Shown here one piece after another: positions 12,505 to 23,693 of a stretch of DNA of 64,000 nucleotides (its first letter is position 1; each line of letters starts with the position of its first letter). Below the pieces are notes generated by a model. That model did no database searches, had not been told where the DNA came from, and was given only the letters and a program-made list of their open reading frames with translations. The translations under genes and the position numbers were made by a program. This stretch comes from Lama guanicoe (lineage: Eukaryota), in the NCBI GenBank assembly GCA_013239625.1, contig MU053557.1:317063-381062 (forward strand). The letters run 5' to 3'.

Positions 12505-15500
12505 AAAATTCTATACCTTCCTCTCCAATTCACTACTCTTAATCACTATTCTTTATTGTGACTTTCAACTACATACAACTGCATTGCATGTGCCACTATA
12601 CAACATGAATAGCAGGAAAGGCCCTCTTTTTTCAACAATCTGCATTTATAAGAGAGGCCAGAAACCCAAACGTTTTTTTCAGTGTTCTTACTCATGAGCC
12701 TGCGGTATTAAAATGATCTTCGTTTATCCTACACAGAATCTTTGTATTTCTTCGGTTTTTAAACATAAAGATAAAAGAATTACCAATAGGTGCAGGTGGA
12801 GTCACACAGCTCTGAAGGTGTTCCACATCTTTATGCTTCTTGGTACACTGTGAAAAGTTTTACGACCATATTAAATCACTTGGACACACACACCTTCCCA
12901 AGATGAAAAATAATGCTATTTTAAGACTTTTTATTAAAAACAATTGTCCCTTTAAAAAGGGACAGACTGTAAAAAGTCTGTTTCTGTGTATTTATTATAT
13001 TGAATATTACAGTTGCTTTGTTTTCTTGTGTACACACAAACAAGAAGTGTCACATTGTCACGTTAGTTCCTGGGAGACTCTTTGGCACTGGCATTGTGAA
13101 TAAGCCCTTTCAGGCCAGGAGACTGGTGTTTGGTAATTTACTATTGAAGGAGACACCGAGTGGCATTCTAGGGATGAAAGGGGCGTTTTATCCCTGAGAG
13201 AATCTGGCTGAGCCAACTCATCCTGGAAACTACTGGAAGGAGGGTGAAAAAAAAAATGGCTGTCACATCAGAGTGACTGCTCAGTGACACCCAGCACCAA
13301 ATGCTTTGACTCTGTGCAGACTTCATTCGGGAGGAACGAGCGGATCAGAAGTCTGCTAACCAGAGACAGAATTTGCCTTTTGTTTTTGCGTTTGAATGAA
13401 ACGTTCATAGCTAAATGGTCCTGAAATGTCATCTGGCATCTCTCTGGATGGCTCTCGGGAGAATTGGTGGTTTTCCCCCAGTTCTCAGAGCCCAGTGCTT
13501 CCCATCCCAGAACTGTTCTGTGTTAGACAAAATTTTGCCAAGTACAAAATCAGCACTGTTTGGAATACATTAACCTTAAGAACTGAATAAATCAGTCAAT
13601 AGCATTTATCTGTTGCCCACTGTGTTCAGTCCTAAGGGGGGGGGGTGGTGGTTGGAAAGTCACAATTAAAAGAGAACACGTGAGTGGTAGATGTGGAACA
13701 TTTTCACAAGTGAAAATGTCAACTATCAAATTTTAGAGTCTAAAGAGAATTTGGAAAATCGCTTTCCAAGTTATTTTCTAGGGAACATAGCTCTGTGAGA
13801 TATGACTAAGTGTTCTGGGGTCAAATAAGTTTAAAGAGTGCCATGGTAATAGATTTCTTCACGCATGACCCCATGGTGCCTTTAACATGCTAATGTGCAC
13901 GGCAAGTCTCCAAGTGTGGACCCTTAACTGTCAGCCTTGGCTGACTGTTTGGACCAGATTTGGGAAAACATTGCCTAGAAATTATTAGTTGGCTTTCGTC
14001 ACTTTATAAATGAAGAAAATGAGGAAAAGATATTTATCCAAGATGTCACAGCTAATTATTGGCAGGACCAGGAGCAGGACTTCGCTTTTTCATTTTGAAT
14101 CTAGTGTTTTCCAACCGAGGCTGCTGTCCAATCCTAGTCTCATTAAACACGTATTTGACGGATTGCTCCTCATCCCGCTAAATCGGTTTGTTGCATTATA
14201 TAATCACAGGTTAGAAGGGAAGAAGGCCAGGGATTGAGGGGATAATGGCCTTGAACCTCCCTCTGCTGCCTGGGACTAGTTTCCAAGCTCACTTACGCTC
14301 TTTCAGCCTGCGTTTCCGCCTCTGCCAAACGGGAACAACAACACCTGTCTGGCTGAACTGCTGAAGCGTCTAATGGAGACGCTGGTGGTGGCCAGATTAT
14401 CTAGAATTTTAGGAGCTCTGGCTAGGAGGTCAACCTCATTCCAAAGGCAGTGGAATTCACGGGAGGAATTAAGAAGATCAAGGTGAGGAGTTTGGCCAGA
14501 TTGGAAGCTCATTGAGGAAAAGCATGTTCTCTCTTTCCTCACAGTCCCTGCCCCAACACATCGTACTGAATAGATACTTAATTCGCAGTAAATGGAAATA
14601 CCAGTTTTCTCACGCTGCACACACAAAACTACAAACATGGTGCTAGAGAAGATACCATCAATGTTTTTTGTATATTACGAAAAATGTATTTTGACTAGTT
14701 AGACTCCCCTCTTTCCAGTTCTCTTTGGTATTAGAAAAGGAAGCAGAATCATATTGAAAAATAATTTGGGTGCTTAACTAGCCGGGCCCAGGAGGGTAAT
14801 TTATAGTACTTAATAGTGTAGTTAAAACTAATTCCATTTTCCTAAGATGGATTGCTTCTCCAGTGCCCTAGAGGGTTATCCATTCCATAGACTTTTTACT
14901 CAGAAGCATCAGCTTCCCCAGGGCTGGATATAGAGCTGCTTTGTTACCTCATTAGAAGGACGGGGGAAATAAATTTATTTGTCAGGAATTTTGCAGGGTC
15001 ATTAACTTTACCCTGCCCTTCAGAATAAATACGCCAGCTTTAATTTTTCATGCGAATGGTTCACCTACCTCCCAAAGTCCCTGTGGCCCTTTTGGGGAGA
15101 CGAATGTCATAAATCAAAACTAGCTTGGCCCTGGATAATCCCAAAGAGCTGGGAAGTGCAGATAAAGAGGAAAGGCACTGAAGAGGGACCTTCGTTTACT
15201 TTTGTTTGCCTTCAGCACAGTTTCCACAGGCAGTCATAACCAATGACAGCTAGAAACGATAATGACCCTACAACTGCTCTGAAGCTTCCAAAATACTCTT
15301 ACAAATAAAAACAAATGATGCAATACGGACAGTAAGCCTTTGGGGAAACTAACCATAAAGGACACTGAAGTGCACGCAGACACATACAGCTCTGCCCCGC
15401 CAAGAACACATTCCTTTCGAAAACTGAATGAGGCTTCTCACACTTCAGCAAGCCAGCTGTTAGCAGCAGACCTCAGTGCTGCGAGACGCTCTGTTGTTTA

Positions 15501-16127
15501 ACCACAGTCTCATTGTCCCTTCAAGACATCCTGAGCTGTTCGCAACATCTGTGAGATGTGCCACGTTGAGCATAACAAAGGGGAAATACACACGCTCCTG
15601 CAAACAACATTATTAAAAATAAGTATACAACACAGTGGCTCGCCTCGTTCTAATTAAAGGGAAAAATGGGAACAAGAAAGTAATATATTTTTTCTTTTTT
15701 TTAAGTTTCAATGATTTGACCTAACTGATGTATTTGTGTAATATTGTTAATACTCTAATTAAAGTTATGCTAAATAGCCAAACACTAAAGTGTCAAGGAA
15801 AATGCCACAGAACAATTTGATATGGAGAAGAGAAGCTTAATTAAAAGTGACTTAATTTCCATCCTCGGGGAGCATAAATGCCAGAAGCAATGGCATCGGG
15901 AATGAGTATGCTTTCAGATTTAAAAAACTCATGTTTGTTCAAGAGGATTTAGGTTATGATAATATGACAGAATAGTAGATTAAAAAAAAACTTGACTGTT
16001 TTCTTGGGGTAGTAAATGTTTGCATAAAATTGAATTTATGCTGGATTATGCTAGCCATTAATACTTTTCATAAAGCAACTAAATTCGCACTGGCCTTGTG
16101 GATCTCATACCTTTGAGTCCCCTTAGC

Positions 16128-16972
16128 CACTACAGCAGACAGACTCTAAGGTGACTCACAGGACTCCTGTCTCTGAGTGTTCATGCCACAGCATAATCTC
16201 TTCCCATTGAGTGTGCACAGAAACTATGGCTTCTAACCAATAAAATACGGTAAAGATTACAGAATGTAAGTGATTGCAGTTCCTATGATTGTAATGTCTG
16301 TCTTGTAAGGAGTTCTCTCTCTTGCTGGCCTTGAAGAAGCAAGTTGCCCTATGTCGTGAGCTGCTGGTAGAGAGGGTCATGTGGCAAGGAACTGAGGGAA
16401 ATTTCCAGCTGATGGCCAGCAGGACACTGAGACCCTCAATCTGACAGCCTGCAAGAAATTGGATTCTGTCAACAACCATGTGAGCTTGGAGGTGGGTCAT
16501 TCCCCCCTTGAACCCCTGATGAGACTGCAGCCCTGGTCATTACTGTGATTGTCATTATCTGGATTGCAGCCTTGCAGGTGACCCGCTTAAGCCTCAGATC
16601 TTTTCTAATGCCCTGGCATGGAGCATCCATGGGAACCCACTCTGCACTCACAAAAGCACAACCCCAAACTATAGGGGGCTTAATGCCTGTAGAGCCACCA
16701 TTGAACAATGGGCAATGGAGAATAAGGGTACATCCTTCTCCTCTTTCTCCTTAGGAAGTACATTTATAAAGCTCCTCAAGAGGTCTACTGGAATGGAACA
16801 CTGGATGTCCGTAGCAGGTGCCAACTTGACAAAGCTTCCTTGCATTGGCCTTTCCTATTCTCTTGTTTCAATCTTACCCCTTATCCACAGAAACCATGAA
16901 AGAGTAAATACGTACTGTTTTAAGCTGCGAAATTTGTGGTAGTACTGTAAAGAGCAAGAGATAACTAATACT
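16128..16972 (+). mobile_element. MaLR MLT1-type LTR with an unrelated LTR-like segment (about 16610-16878) inside
   Basis: cagacagactctaaggtgac..., tgtggcaaggaactgaggg..., 3' end gttttaagctgcgaaatttgtggta...gataactaata. Confidence 0.8.
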
Positions 16973-18337
16973 CTTAACTAATTCTTTAATGACCCATACA
17001 TAGCTCTGAGGGAAAAAGAATGAACCAGTATATGTATGGCAGCCAATCATAAGCTATCTTTATGGGAAACCAGGCTGGTCCACACCACATCATTCATCAG
17101 TGCTATACGGATATAAGCATCCTTCCTCTTCACCCCTCAGAGCTGTATTCTGTCCTTTGGTTAGTAAGCATAATCAGTCAAGCTGATTGCAATCTCTCCA
17201 ACCAAAAGTATATTCTTGTATCATACAACATAGTCTCGAAAATGTAAGCTTTAGTCAAAAACCAGAAAAAAACATTTCTGATCTGACACTCATTAATTTT
17301 ATATTTTAAAATAGTAGAAGCCATCTGTGAGAGTGTGCTCTTACTGCTGTCTCTGTGTTTCTCTGTATTAAGCTGTATGTTAGAATAAAACACCCGAATG
17401 GTTTATCTCGTGCCGTCTAATACGCACTTGGGCTGATGTAGGGACTCAGCTCCCACAAGGAGGGCAAAGAACCAAGAACTGGCTGGACTTTCTATTCACA
17501 GAGTATCTTCGGCACGAGATTCCTCTGCACCTAATTCCACTGACCCCTGAGGACCACTGATGTCTCTCATTGGGGCCGGGGGCGAGGGGGGATCCTACCC
17601 AGGGAAACGGGGGCAGCAGGAGATTGAGGAGGCTGGTGAGGTAGCTCACTTCTGGTTGCCTCTTCAAGTCTCCCTGGTGGGAAGGGGGTGGCAACAGAGC
17701 CTGCCCGGGCTTCTTTCCTTTGTCGTGTTGACTAGGCAGGAACAGATGCTTAAATGGCAGAAACATACGAACGTGGGTGTTGAAGTGAGGGAATAAGGCA
17801 TGAGAAAAAGAGCAATTGCAAGTGGCAGATCTGGGACCCAGAAGCTGGTTGTTAGAGTCAGCACTAGACGAAGTTCTAAGAAGTCCCACTCATCGGTTTC
17901 GTAATGATGTGGCCATTCCAGTATAGAGGCCAACGACTACTTGCCAGGAATCAGGCTGGGTGTTGGAGATCAACGGTATGTAAGAAAGACGTGGTCCCTG
18001 TTTGAAAAGTATTGGTGACCAATAGAACAGTACATGCAAAGACCCAGAGGAATCTGCTGAGCTGTAGGACCAGGCCAGGGCCACTGAAAGGGGTGGGAGG
18101 AAGAGAGATCAGACAGAACTCGGAAGCCAAGGCAAGGATGCTTGAGGAAGTACAGTTTGTAAGCAGCTCCCCTGACTTTTTCTTTCGTATTTCACATTGC
18201 CGTCCTACTGCTGTACCCTTGTATTTTGCTTTTATCAAGTGATCCTGTGCCCTTGGCTCTGATGCTCTGAAGAAGCCCAGCCTGCCTTGGCACTCTCCAG
18301 ACCTCTTCTATCCCATTAAAGCATATTCGGGGGCCAC

Positions 18338-18530
18338 AGAGCATAGTAATTAAAACGCTGACCCTGGTGTCAGATAGTCCTGGCTTAACACTTCATTTCC
18401 ACCACTTCAAGTCCAGTGACCATGGGTAAATCATCCATCCTTTCTAAGAGCACCTCATAAGGTTGTTGAGAGCATTTTGAGCTTGGAGGCTGGAAGACAG
18501 TGTGTGCTGAATAAGTGATAGTCACTATTA
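18338..18530 (+). mobile_element. MIR
   Basis: gcatagtaattaaaacgctgaccctggtgtcagat...gtgaccatgggtaaatca...cacctcataaggttgttgagag. Confidence 0.65.
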
Positions 18531-21364
18531 TTTTCTGCCACTGGAATGCTATACTTACTCATCAGCTAATGACGATAAACTAGGATGCAATAATGTGTTA
18601 AAGGAAGACTTTATAAATACTCTTGGGAGGAGCATTTAAAAGTGCCTAAGCCCGGAGTGGTGGTTCTCTAATGCCAGGGATGTCGAATGGTAGAGCAGGC
18701 CAGCGGGAGAAAGAGTTCTGTTCTTTCGATGTGGACTGTGGACCAGGCAACATGCTAAGCATCTTGCAGTTCTACTCGAATTGAATTCCTACAACAAGTG
18801 TGTAAGGCGGCATTCCCAGTACTTCCTTTCTCCAGGTGAGACAACTGAGGTTTGGCGGCTTGTGTCCCTGGGCAAGGCACGTGACTGTCACTGTCAGCAG
18901 GGATATTTATCTACACTCTTCCCAAATGAGGTGGCCAGGGTGAGAGATCCCCTTGAATTACGCTCATGGTACCTGCACACATGTGCACTATGGGCCAGCC
19001 AAACAGGGCCCATGGATCCCGCTGGAAGTTTCCTTTTTGTTTTTGGAGAGTAACTACCAGCCCCAGGCTCTCCTTGAAATGTAATGCAGTGGACGGTTTT
19101 TCTGGGTCCACCGTGTGGCCAGCTTCCCAGCATCCCAGCCTCTGCTTCTTCACCACCCTGGCCCAACTGCCCCCAAGCCATCGTTTGGACCCCAGAAATG
19201 TTTGCCTGGTCAGTGCTAAGAATCGAAGTAGTCTTGAATTTAACACACAGAATTTGAAAAATGTTACCCATGGCTCCCAAACAAAACCAAAACTAAACTT
19301 TAAAAAAGAAAAAAAACAACAACTAGTTTCCCGAGGCTCATTCCACCTGGGAAGGCATATAGGAAAGTGGATGAACAAAGCCATTTCATCTTGATTTCAG
19401 GCACAGACAGCAAAATCAACAAAGAGGAACAGAGGACTGCGATGTCCCCAGTGTAATGGCCTTCGGCATGGTGCTGGTAGAGAAAGGAGAGGCATATTTT
19501 AGAACCCAGATGAGTTGCTGTTCACAAAATAATGATTCCACGTGGATGAACAAATCTGAAAGTCAGTGAAGATTTCAGGGGCAAAACAAACAAACAACAA
19601 ACAAAAAGATTTTCCTGTGTTCTTCCAAGACTGCCAGTGAATTCAGGGGAAGAAGGAAGAAAAACAACGGAGACTCCTGGAGGGGACAGAGACAGCCAGG
19701 GGAGAGGGGAAAGGAGAGGCGGAGAAAGAAGATGAATTACAAAGATGCTCATTCAGCCCACAGGCATTTAGAAGCCATAGAGGGCCGATGGTTCAGTGCT
19801 TGGCTAGATGGGGGACTGGGTCTTAGACTCTACTCCTCAGTCTGTAAAATGGGGATAACGTGGGGATATTAATAGTATTTACCTTTTCAGGGAGTTGGAT
19901 ACGCCCTTAGTTTCCTGTCTGACCCACAGAGCCCCTAGCTGTTACCGTTATTACTTGTAATATTATTTACTTGTTCACTATTTGCGAGGTACTTGAGAGG
20001 CGGGCACGGAGGTGACAGAGACAAGAACCCAGCTGTGACCTTACAATCGAGTGGAGGAGTTAAGAGGAGTGCACTCATTCTGTCTTTGCATTTTTAAGTA
20101 TCGTAAGTTACAAAGAATTATGGGATTCAAGAAAGTTGCTTAAATTAACAGGGTCAAAGAAATGCTCAAAGGCATTGCTGTTTTACGTCCAGATAGCAAT
20201 ACTGGACACAGACTGATGAACTGCCTTCCAGGGCCAGGAGGTCAGAGAGAGGACAGAAGGTGGCAGAAAGGAGAAACTGACACACATAACTCTCTACCTT
20301 TTGGTCGCCTTCCTTTATTATGCAGATTTAGACACACACTCTTGCTTTGCTTCTGGCGCTAATTCAGGGTGGAGATAATTAAGTGCATGGATTGAGGATG
20401 ACAAAAGTTGTCTGTTTCATGTCTCGAGTATCAGGTTTCTAAGCCACAACAAGTGGTCCGGGCAAACAGATCTTCACCATACACTGCATTCCTCTGCATT
20501 AGTGCTCAAGTGCAATTTGGAAATGCTATTCCAATTATGGAAGATTGTGGCTGGCCTGGAGGTGATCCTTTTCTGGGCCCAACTTCTCAGCTTTTTATGA
20601 CAGGAGCAGCAACCTGAACCTTCAGGAGGAATCAGACGTTGCTGTGAAGGTTGTTAAAGCTCAAATATGCAACGGGGGCTCTTGCTGAGAGAAGCTGGTT
20701 AGCTCAGCAGTCCATATAAACTACAGGAGGTTTTTCAACCTCATCCTCTCCCTCCCAGCGCACGGGGAGCCCAGCCCACTCCTCTGCCAGTGTTCCAGGA
20801 CATGTGCACCCCTGCTGTCCACACACGGGGAGCCCCGGCTTTCCCATCACCTCCAGCACTGTTGCTGTGATCATGGCATCTTCAAACAGAAGGCAGCACA
20901 GCCTGTCCGGGCAGGAGGAAGACTGAAACCAAAACTCAGTACTGCCGGCCATCGGAAAACATCCCTGGGTGGTGCCAGGTACAGATGAGGAACGTTCTGC
21001 CTTTTTCTGTACACTCCCAGCTGCTACATGTTAGTAACAGTTAAGCAAAGGACAAAATTCAGAGCTCTGTTTTCCCATTACTTGTATAGGCTGCATCACT
21101 GTTAAAATCTCTGAAGGTAAAATTGTGACCCTTTCCTAATTTACCTGGGCTACTTCAAGTCTACCTGGGGGAAATCCTTTCCACAGACAAACTGCCACAG
21201 CCTTTTAAGGGTTTTGCAGGCTATATTGGTTAAGAATCTGAGACTGGGCAGAAACGCTTTGGACCCTCGTTGGCCACCGTAGGGCGGTGATGGGGGAAGC
21301 GGACCAAGTTCAGCGAAGTAAGTTCAGGCGCCGGCCGGTAGCGAAGGTCCCTGGAAGTAGTCAG

Positions 21365-21462
21365 GTCACTAGAAGTTGTGGAATATAGTTTTCTGTGCTG
21401 TAGAGTAGAAACCTGTCATTTATCCCACGCATAATCGTTAGCATCTGCAGATCTCCAGCTCC
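21365..21462 (-). mobile_element. Antisense L1 3'-UTR fragment inside the retrocopy 5'UTR
   Basis: The reverse complement gataaatgacaggtttctactctacagcacagaaaactatattccacaac aligns by eye to the L1 tails in this window at about 10426-10475 (gataaacagcagggtcctactgtatagcacagggaactatattcaatac) and about 61107-61155. Confidence 0.75.
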
Positions 21463-21513
21463 TGCATTTTGGAGGTCTCCCGGTTTGCAGCCATTTCCCA
21501 AAGTTGGAAGAAA

Positions 21514-22647
21514 ATGATCCAAGCCCAGGAATCCCTGACATATGACGATGTGGCTATGAAGTTCACGTGGGAGGAGTGGCAGCTCCTGGCCCCGGATCAG
21601 AAGGCCCTGTACCGGGACGTGATGCTGGAGAACTACAGCCACCTGGTGTCCGTGGGGTATCAAGCCAACAAACCAGACACGCTCTCCAGGTTGGAACGAG
21701 GGGAAGAGTTGTGGACCATAGAAGCTGAAATCCACCGTCGAGTCCATGCAGAAATCAGGAATGTGGATGACTCTCCACAGCCTCACTTGCAAAATCAAAG
21801 CACTCAAAAGAGTGGGGAACTCGGCTGTGAACTTAAGACGCCTGCCGATGTCGTTGATCCGAGCAAAAGTCATTTACTGCTAAAGCAAAATCATGATGTG
21901 TTTGACCCAAGGGAAACACTTTTAAAATCAAATTCAAGTTTTGAAGACCAGAACAGAAGCTGTCAATTAAAGAACTCTGCTGAGTTTCATGGAGACAGGA
22001 AATCCCTTCTCCATGCTAACCATGAGCAGTCTTGTCCTGAAACTAAATTTTCCGTAAGTGCCAAACCCACTGACAATACATCCCAGGCCACTAAGCAACA
22101 GAGAATTCACAACACAGAGAAGGCCCACGTGTGCAGTGAATCAAGACGTCTCAGCTCTTTGATCATCAGAGACGTCATCCTGGAGAGAAACCTCACGGAT
22201 GCAGCCTGTGTGGGAGAGCCTTCTCCAGGGAGTCCAGGCTCCCTGAACAGCAGAGAATGCATGCAGGACCGAAGCATTATGAGTGCGCCAAGTGTGAGAA
22301 GACCTTCACGAAGTGGCAGTTCAGCATACATCAGAAAACTCACGTGGGAGAGAAGCCTTACACCTGTAGTGACTGTGGGAAAGCCTTCATCAAGAAGTGC
22401 CGGCTCATTTATCACCAGCCAACTCACACAGGAGAGAAGCCCCACAGGGGCGATCTGTGCAGGAAAGCCTTCTCCACAAAGTTCAGTCTCACCACACATC
22501 AGAAAACGCACACAGGAGAGAAGCCTTACATATGCAGCGAGTGTGGAAAGGGCCTCATTGAGAAGCGGCGTCTTGCGGCACATCATCGAACGCACACAGG
22601 TGAGAAACCCTTTAAAGGCAGTGAATGTGGGAAAAGTTTCACCTTGA
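21514..22647 (+). CDS. Retrocopy ORF1: KRAB-A+B, spacer, then about 168 aa of out-of-frame tail (377 aa, no intact finger); expression unknown
   Basis: ATG at 21514 (AAAATGA). [25 protein letters not shown]...[16 protein letters not shown] keeps the DV and MLE motifs. The frame shifts after HVCSE at 22140/22141, with stop at 22645-22647. Confidence 0.4.
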   Translation: MIQAQESLTYDDVAMKFTWEEWQLLAPDQKALYRDVMLENYSHLVSVGYQANKPDTLSRLERGEELWTIEAEIHRRVHAEIRNVDDSPQPHLQNQSTQKSGELGCELKTPADVVDPSKSHLLLKQNHDVFDPRETLLKSNSSFEDQNRSCQLKNSAEFHGDRKSLLHANHEQSCPETKFSVSAKPTDNTSQATKQQRIHNTEKAHVCSESRRLSSLIIRDVILERNLTDAACVGEPSPGSPGSLNSRECMQDRSIMSAPSVRRPSRSGSSAYIRKLTWERSLTPVVTVGKPSSRSAGSFITSQLTQERSPTGAICAGKPSPQSSVSPHIRKRTQERSLTYAASVERASLRSGVLRHIIERTQVRNPLKAVNVGKVSP

Positions 22648-23693
22648 AGAACAGCCTTTTCACCCATCAGCACAGCCACAGAGAAGAGAAGCTGTACACG
22701 TGCAGTGAGTGTGGGAAAGGCTTTTCCATGAAGCACCGTCTGGTCATCCATCAGCGAACTCACACCAGAGAGAAACCGTATACAGGCAGCGAGTGTGGAA
22801 AAGGCTTCCCCTTGAAGAGCCCTCTCATCAGGCACCAGCGGACACACACGGGAGAGAAGCCGTATGTGTGCAGTGAATGCGGAAAAGGCTTCACCATGAA
22901 GCGCGACCTCATCGTACATCAGCGGACGCACACGGCCGAGAAGCCCTACGCGTGCAGTGACTGTGGGAAAGGCTTCACCGTGAAGAGCCGCCTGATTGTG
23001 CACCAGCGAACCCACAAGGGCGAGAAACCCTACGTGTGCAGCAAATGCGGAAAAGGCTTCCCGGCAAAGATCCGGCTGATTGGACACCAGCGAACTCACA
23101 CAGGAGAGAAACCCTATATATGCAGTGAGTGTGGGAAAGGCTTCACGGAGAAGAGCCATCTCAACGTACATCAGCGCACTCACACTGGAGAGAGACCCTA
23201 CGTGTGCAGTGAATGTGGCAAAGGCTTAACTGGGAAAAGCATGCTGATTGCACATCTGCGAACTCATACGGGAGAGAAACCATATATATGTAATGAATGT
23301 GGGAAGGGCTTCACCATGAAGAGCACCCTAGGTATCCATCAGCAAACTCACACTGGAGAGGAGCCATACAAGTGCGACGCATGCGGTAAAGCCTTTAGGA
23401 AGAAGACGTGCCTCACACAGCATCAGAGGTTCCACAAGGGAAGGACTTCCTTCGAATGCACTGAATGTGGGAAATTCTCTTTGCGCAAAAATGACCTCAT
23501 TACCCATCAGAGGATTCACACAGGAGAGAAGCCGTATGAGTGCAGCGCGTGTGGGAAAGCCTTCACTACAAAGTCGGGGCTCAACGTTCATCAAAGGAAA
23601 CACACAGGAGAGAGGCCCTATGGATGCAGCGAATGTGGGAAGGCTTTTGCCCACCTGTCAATCCTTGTTAAGCATAAGAGGACTCACAGGTAG
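22257..23693 (+). CDS. Retrocopy ORF2: C2H2 array, fingers 3-19 (478 aa, no KRAB); expression unknown
   Basis: Uninterrupted frame with TGEKPY-type linkers, ending at the likely native stop (..[11 protein letters not shown]). ATG 22257 has A at -3. Confidence 0.4.
   Translation: MHAGPKHYECAKCEKTFTKWQFSIHQKTHVGEKPYTCSDCGKAFIKKCRLIYHQPTHTGEKPHRGDLCRKAFSTKFSLTTHQKTHTGEKPYICSECGKGLIEKRRLAAHHRTHTGEKPFKGSECGKSFTLKNSLFTHQHSHREEKLYTCSECGKGFSMKHRLVIHQRTHTREKPYTGSECGKGFPLKSPLIRHQRTHTGEKPYVCSECGKGFTMKRDLIVHQRTHTAEKPYACSDCGKGFTVKSRLIVHQRTHKGEKPYVCSKCGKGFPAKIRLIGHQRTHTGEKPYICSECGKGFTEKSHLNVHQRTHTGERPYVCSECGKGLTGKSMLIAHLRTHTGEKPYICNECGKGFTMKSTLGIHQQTHTGEEPYKCDACGKAFRKKTCLTQHQRFHKGRTSFECTECGKFSLRKNDLITHQRIHTGEKPYECSACGKAFTTKSGLNVHQRKHTGERPYGCSECGKAFAHLSILVKHKRTHR

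Noticed and set aside
13698..13719. 10-bp perfect inverted repeat acattttcac-aa-gtgaaaatgt
   Set aside because: Short and AT-rich, compatible with chance in 64 kb, and with no supporting context.
21469..21513. TTG start given by the ORF track for the 392-aa ORF
   Set aside because: Eukaryotic locus; the family-typical start is the ATG at 21514 (MIQAQ).
22107..23183. 358-aa antisense ORF (also 21361-21873 and 23328-23654)
   Set aside because: Long antisense ORFs are a routine by-product of C2H2 array and KRAB codon patterns; there is no independent evidence for them.
22128..23690. Regular 84-bp periodicity resembling a repeat-spacer (CRISPR-like) array
   Set aside because: Fully explained by 28-aa C2H2 finger repeats in a mammalian genome.
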